This document shows positions 59,072-64,000 of a stretch of 64,000 nucleotides of DNA, one piece after another (the stretch's first letter is position 1; each line of letters begins with the position of its first letter). The DNA is taken from NCBI GenBank assembly GCA_963808735.1, contig CAWEHE010000011.1, forward strand, positions 105,607-169,606, given 5' to 3'. The DNA is from an uncultured Thermoleophilia bacterium. GTDB taxonomy: Bacteria; Actinomycetota; Thermoleophilia; UBA2241. Below the pieces are notes generated by a model. That model did no database searches. It was given only the letters and a program-made list of their open reading frames with translations, and was not told where the DNA came from. The translations under genes and the position numbers were made by a program.

Positions 59072-59152
59072 GGGGGCGGCCGCGCGATCAGTCGGGGAGC
59101 GCCGACGACGAGGTGTTCACGTATGCCACCCGGCCTGAGCCCGCAAGGCGTC

Positions 59153-60836
59153 TCACCCCCGCCGCGTGGCCAGCACATCCCTGGCCCGCACCCCCAGGTA
59201 CGCCTCTACGCGGCCCCCGGCCGTGCCCAGGTCGACACCGAGGATCTGTTCGATGCGCGCGACGCGCTTGCGCAGCGTGTTGCGATGCACGTACAGCTCG
59301 GCCGCGGCATCCACGGCGGACCCGCCGCACGCCAGATACGCCTCCAGCGTCCGGAGCAGATCGCCGTGGCCGCGACGGTCGGCGTCGAGCAGCCGGCCGA
59401 CCACCGCGTCCTCGAGCTCCTGCAACTGGTCGTCGCGGAGGCCGTCGAGGACCTTGTAGCGCTGCCCGAGATCGTCGAAGGCGACGACCTTGGCGGTCCC
59501 GCCCCCCGCCAGGTCCGCGTGGCGCAGAGCGAGGCGGGCCTGGCCGGCCGCTCGCGGGACCATGTCGAGCCCCGACATGGCGGAAGAGAAGCCGACGTCG
59601 ATGCGCGCGGTGCGCAGGCGGGTGCCGGCAGCTCGCGGCGAGGCCGGTGATGGACCGAAGCACGGCGGCGGCGCCTTCGTGCTCGGCGAGCGGGGCGAGC
59701 ACCAGTACCTGGCCGCGGCTCTGGCGCGAGAGGAAGGGCACTCCGCCCTCTTCGAGCAGCCGGTCGATCGTGCCCAGCAGGGCATCGGCCATGGCGTCGG
59801 CGACCGACGGGTGGTCTCGGCGGCTGCCCCCGGGCGCGCCGACCGAGAACGCCATCATGCGCCAGAGCTCGGTGGGCTCGATGCCGTGGTAGTTCATCCG
59901 CTCCCCGAGCTCCGGCGTGGCTCCGCGGCCGTGCATGAGCATGTCCAGGAGCCCGGCCCGCGTGCGGCGCCGGAGAAGCGACACGTTGCGCCCGGTCGTC
60001 GCCTCGACCTCGAGGAGGCGCTGCGCGAACGTCAGCGCCTCGTCCGCGAACTCGGAGATCAGGCTCTCCTCCGGATACGCGGCCATCAAGACCTGCTCCA
60101 CGGCGCCGCCCGCGCGCACCTCGCGGAACGCGACGTGCCTGCCGTGCACCTCGAGGACGGAGCGGGGCGTCCCGCTCAGCACCACCGTCTTATAGGCGTC
60201 CCAGGCGTCGCGCGCGAACGTGTCGCCGCTTCGCTCGGCGGCCGTCATGAAGCTCCCGGCCACGCGGCCCGACGCCGCGAAGAGGAGCATGGAGGCGCTC
60301 AGCAACTCGCCGACGCGCCGGACCAGCCCGCTCGGGTCCTGCTCGGCGAGCAGCACCTCGAGCAGCTGCTTCTGCAGGGCCACGCTCCGACGCAGGCGAT
60401 GCATGTCACGAGAGGAAAGCGCGTTGAAGACGTAACTGGTGATCTCGCGGAAGGGCGTGCCCTCGGGAACACGGAGCAGCGGCAGCTGCTCGCGCTCGGC
60501 CGCTGCCACCATCTCCGCCGGGATCGCGCGGACGTGCGGCATGATGGCCACCCCGACGCCGACCATGCCGCTCTGCCTCAGCAGCTCGACGAGCCTCGCC
60601 GCCGAGGCGGGATCCTCTTCGAAGCGCGGTCCGGTGGTGAGCAGCAGGCTCCCCCCGACCATCCACGGCGTCGGATCCTCGAGGTCGCCGATGTAGACCG
60701 CCTCGATGGCCCTGTCGATCCCGGCATGGCCCGCGACGACCTCCAGGCCGAGCCCGCCCGCCGTGGCGAGCTCGCGGATCGTGAGGGCCTCGTTGGATGA
60801 GCGTTCCGCCACCGCGCTGCCTCCCGGGGTGAGCAT
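59153..60836 (-). CDS. PucR-family transcriptional regulator, frameshift near 59640
   Basis: LEVVAGHAGIDR...DLEDPTPWMVGGSLLLTTG; C-terminal LLRTLEAYL...AAAELYVHRNTLRKRVARIE. Confidence 0.9.
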
Positions 60837-60912
60837 GTGCACCGCACATGATACCCCGCGGCATCGTGACGACGGTGCGGCGCGGCCCTGGTGGGGGCCG
60901 CGCCCCTCCGCA

Positions 60913-61626
60913 TCAGCCTGCCGCCGGCTCCAGGGCCACGGCCCGCACTGGGGCGCCGTCGCAGCCCACCAGGTTCAGCGGGAGGAGGACGAGGAGCGGC
61001 TCGACGCCAGGGGTGAGCGCCGCCGTCCCGGCGAGGTTCTCGGCGATGAAGCCGCCCGCGTCGGCGAACAGGTCGTGGATGGGGAACTCCTCGCCGCCGG
61101 TGAAGTCGGCGTTGAGGGTGTCGATGGCGATGGTGCGCACGCCCGCCTCGAGGATCGCCTCGCCGACGGCGGCGTCCAGGTACGGGTGGTCGAAGAACAG
61201 GTCCGTGCCCGCATGCGCGTACCAGCCGGTCGCGAACAGCACGATGCGCCCGGGGCCGAGGTGCTCGCGATGCGGCTCCAGATCGGCGAGCGTGATGCGC
61301 TCGCCCGGCGGCTTGCCGGAAACGCGCACGACGACGCCGGGCCCGACGGTGAGCTCGAGCGGCATGCGGTCGACGGACGCGCCGTGGTCACGAAAGTGGA
61401 ACGGCGCGTCGATGTGCGTGCCCGTCTGCGTCCCGATCTGCACGTGGCTGAGGTTGTAGCCGTCGCGGGCGACCGTGGTGGCCGTGAAGATCCGCGGCTC
61501 GGGGTCGCCGGGGTAGATCGGGACGCTCTCGGTGAGCGGGTGCGACAGGTCGACGAGGCGGGCGGCGGGGCCCGCGTCCCCGCCCGCCCCGCCGCCGGTC
61601 ATCCAGGCTGGAAGCGCTACGTTCAC
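60913..61626 (-). CDS. Cyclase/kynurenine-formamidase family metallohydrolase
   Basis: DLSHPL..PIYPGDP, QTGTHIDAPFH, IAIDTLN, IAENL, DGAPVRAVA. Start either 61626 or 61602. Confidence 0.88.
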   Translation of the reverse strand: MNVALPAWMTGGGAGGDAGPAARLVDLSHPLTESVPIYPGDPEPRIFTATTVARDGYNLSHVQIGTQTGTHIDAPFHFRDHGASVDRMPLELTVGPGVVVRVSGKPPGERITLADLEPHREHLGPGRIVLFATGWYAHAGTDLFFDHPYLDAAVGEAILEAGVRTIAIDTLNADFTGGEEFPIHDLFADAGGFIAENLAGTAALTPGVEPLLVLLPLNLVGCDGAPVRAVALEPAAG

Positions 61627-62558
61627 AGCGTGGTCAGCACGAGCACCGCTTTCTCGGTGTGCATGCGGTTCTCGCCCTGGTCCCAGAAGACGCAGCAGTC
61701 GCTCTCGATGACCTCGTCGACCATGTCCTCGCCGCGCGTACCCGGCAGGCAGTGCATGTAGATCACGTCCGGCCCGGCCATCTCGATGACGCGCCTGTTC
61801 ACCTGGTACGGAGCGAAGTCGATGACGCGCTGCTCGGGGTTCGTCGTCGCCATCGAGTGCCAGGTGTTGCCGTAGATGACGTCGGCGTCGCCGGCCACCT
61901 CCTCGAGGTCCTTCGTGAACGTGATCTTCGAGCCGCTGAGCGACGCCCACTTCTGGGCGATGGCCACCTGCTCGGGGTTGGGCTGGTAGTCGTCGTTCGG
62001 TTGCGCCGCGTAGAAGTCCATGCCCATCATCGCGCTGCCCATCATCAGCGAGTGGCAGACGTTCCAGATGTCGCCGAGGTAGCCGATCTTGAGCCCCCTG
62101 TAGGCGCCCTTCTTCTCCTTGATGGTCATCAGGTCGCAGAGTCCCTGGCAGGGGTGCGTCTCGTTGGTCAGGGCGTTGATCACCGGGTTGCGCATGTACT
62201 GCGCGAACTCCTCGACGACCTCCTGACCGAAGGTGCGGATGAAGAGGCCGTCGCAGTAGCGGTCGATGATGCGCGCGGTGTCGCGGATCGGCTCGCCGCG
62301 GCTGGTCTGCATCTGGTCGGGGCTCATGTAGAAGGTCTGCGCGCCGAGCTGCGCGGCGCCGGCCTGGAAGCTGACTCGGGTCCGCGTGGAGAGCTTCTCG
62401 AAGATCATCGCGAAGGTCTTGCCGGCGAGCGGCTGGAAGAGCTCGCCCATCGCGTGCCGGCGCTTCAGGTCGATCGCCGTGTCGACCAGGTAGCCGACCT
62501 CTTCCGGGGTGAAGTCGGCGAGCTTGAGGAAGTCCTTGCCCTTGAAGTGGTGCTGCAT
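61623..62558 (-). CDS. Ornithine carbamoyltransferase-like enzyme with an atypical substrate loop
   Basis: STRTRVSF, HPCQ and MHCLP are intact, but the loop reads NTWHSMA instead of DxWxSMG. Confidence 0.85.
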   Translation of the reverse strand: MQHHFKGKDFLKLADFTPEEVGYLVDTAIDLKRRHAMGELFQPLAGKTFAMIFEKLSTRTRVSFQAGAAQLGAQTFYMSPDQMQTSRGEPIRDTARIIDRYCDGLFIRTFGQEVVEEFAQYMRNPVINALTNETHPCQGLCDLMTIKEKKGAYRGLKIGYLGDIWNVCHSLMMGSAMMGMDFYAAQPNDDYQPNPEQVAIAQKWASLSGSKITFTKDLEEVAGDADVIYGNTWHSMATTNPEQRVIDFAPYQVNRRVIEMAGPDVIYMHCLPGTRGEDMVDEVIESDCCVFWDQGENRMHTEKAVLVLTTL

Positions 62559-62571
62559 GCGCTGTCCTTTC

Positions 62572-63570
62572 TCAGCCCGACGTGAGCTGCACGTTGTCCA
62601 CGGTGTCCCCCGCGATGGTGACGATGGCGCCGCGCAGGACGCCCTCGCCGTACTCGCTCCCGGGATTCACCGCCACCGTGCGGCCGATGTTCGTCTGGCC
62701 GCGCGACTCGTGGATGTGTCCGTGCAGGCTGAGCAGGGGCTGGTACTTCTCGATCGCGGCCCGCACCGCCGCGCTCCCGGCGCCGTACATCACGGGCGTC
62801 CCGCCCGAGGTGACGACCTTGGGCGGGTCCGTGGTCCAGTCGAGCTTCGCCGCCGTGTCGAGCGTGCTGTCCTGCGGCGGCGCGTGGAAGTTGAAGATGG
62901 CGCGTGAGAAGTCGTCGACGCCGGCGACGATGCCCTCGATGTGCCGCGCGAGCTCGTCGTCGGGCACCTCGCGAGGCGTGTCCCACGGCGTCGGGTTGCT
63001 GAGCCCCAGGCTCAGCATGATGTGCTCGTCGTCGTCGATGGCGATCTGCTTGTCCTCGCAGTCGATCACGCTGGCGCCGTCGTGCGCGATCAGCGGCTCC
63101 AGGATGTCGGGCGAGTCGTCGTTGCCGCCGGTGATGTAGCAGCGGATGCCGGTGCCGGCGAGTCGCTCTTCGGCGAACTCGATCCACTGGCGCATCCTCT
63201 CGGTCGCCAGCCGATGGTAGAGGGCGTCGACCCGCGAGGCGTCGGCGGCGAGCTCCCTGTACTCGTCGCTGGTCACGACGGCGGTGTAGGAGCCGAGCTT
63301 GGCCGCCCGTTTCTCGAACTCGGCGACCTCGTCCGCTCCGTCCAGCTCCTGCGTGATCGACTGGATGGTCGCCCGGTACTTGCCGCCGCCCAGGTCGAGG
63401 ATCGGCACGACCATCTTGCCGGCGATGTCGCCGCCGAGGACCAGCACGTCGACCGCGTAGAACGTGCCGGCGTTGACGAACTTGCGGAACGTCGATTGCG
63501 AGCCGTGCACGTCGGTGACGAAGAACAGCTTCGTCGTCTTGCCTTTGGCTTTCTTGCCGAACAGGGGCAT
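62572..63570 (-). CDS. Metallophosphoesterase (Icc-related)
   Basis: TDVHGS, GGDIAGK, GGNDD, FHAPP, LHGHIHE, NPGSEY. Confidence 0.9.
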   Translation of the reverse strand: MPLFGKKAKGKTTKLFFVTDVHGSQSTFRKFVNAGTFYAVDVLVLGGDIAGKMVVPILDLGGGKYRATIQSITQELDGADEVAEFEKRAAKLGSYTAVVTSDEYRELAADASRVDALYHRLATERMRQWIEFAEERLAGTGIRCYITGGNDDSPDILEPLIAHDGASVIDCEDKQIAIDDDEHIMLSLGLSNPTPWDTPREVPDDELARHIEGIVAGVDDFSRAIFNFHAPPQDSTLDTAAKLDWTTDPPKVVTSGGTPVMYGAGSAAVRAAIEKYQPLLSLHGHIHESRGQTNIGRTVAVNPGSEYGEGVLRGAIVTIAGDTVDNVQLTSG

Positions 63571-63577
63571 CAGGCCG

Positions 63578-64000
63578 TCACTCCTCCGGGACCTGCTTGA
63601 AGCTGAGGTCCACGTCCACACCGCGGCTTCGCTGGATGAACTTGGCCACGTAATACACGACCAGGCCACTCAGGAACACGATGACGTTGAACCAGATCAT
63701 CTTGGGGTTGCCGTTGAGGCCGGCGCTCGGGTCACGCAGGAACACCCAGGCCATGAACCCCTGCGAGATCACGCTCAGGATGCCGATGATGGTGATCACC
63801 GGGACGCCCGCGATGCGCTGGTTCACGGCCGACGTCTCGAACACGTCCTTGAGCCGGTACGGCAGGACGGCCGCGGCGATCGAGATGACGATGAAGCTGA
63901 GGATGAAGCCGAAGATACCGACCAGGGTGGAGAAGAGGTCGGTGAAGACGTAGATGCCCAGGGCGATGATGCTGGCGATGCCCATCGTGAGCAGGGAGTT
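63578..64000 (-). CDS. APC-family amino-acid/polyamine permease, C-terminal part (5' end outside the window)
   Basis: Consecutive TM helices, AAAVLPYR...FE and a GVDVDLSFKQVPEE terminus. Confidence 0.8.
   Translation of the reverse strand, partial: NSLLTMGIASIIALGIYVFTDLFSTLVGIFGFILSFIVISIAAAVLPYRLKDVFETSAVNQRIAGVPVITIIGILSVISQGFMAWVFLRDPSAGLNGNPKMIWFNVIVFLSGLVVYYVAKFIQRSRGVDVDLSFKQVPEE

Noticed and set aside
60835-60849. Palindrome ATGTGC-ACC-GCACAT at the pucR start
   Set aside because: Only 6-bp arms and no second clear copy, so too weak to call an operator.

Overview
High-GC (roughly 70% by eye) chromosomal window from a probably anaerobic monoderm bacterium, most consistent with Actinomycetota class Thermoleophilia. 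The taxonomy is inferred from the futalosine menaquinone pathway, Ahb haem pathway, Rex and a C-terminally anchored ABC substrate-binding protein. I found no rRNA, tRNA, CRISPR or mobile elements. The centre (about 15.9-40.1 kb, almost all minus strand) is a respiratory super-cluster: hemB, ahbD, hemL, rex, ubiD, ubiA, ubiX, ubiE/menG, a polyprenyl synthase, mqnE, mqnA and mqnC. Seven multihaem cytochrome c genes plus a stand-alone cytochrome b gene are interleaved between ubiD, ubiA and ubiX. By manual count they carry 74 CxxCH and 5 non-canonical haem motifs, and they include four NapC/NrfH-like proteins and CbcL-like c/b modules. A Rex operator lies inside the cluster. At 12.7-12.9 kb there are two 26-codon peptide ORFs missed by the ORF track, both ending in K-M-H-stop (one built from three repeats), directly upstream of a membrane-bound HD-GYP phosphodiesterase; this is a candidate peptide-to-c-di-GMP signalling system. 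Other content: birA-bioY, a MalT/LuxR regulator, a DUF1998 helicase, dhaK-dhaL-(dhaM-HPr-EI) with a nearby FSA-type aldolase, dacB, a MauG/CcP-family protein, and a PucR-linked catabolic cluster with an atypical carbamoyltransferase. About a dozen genes are broken by single-base (mostly +1) frameshifts, most likely sequencing errors. All counts and alignments were made by eye.
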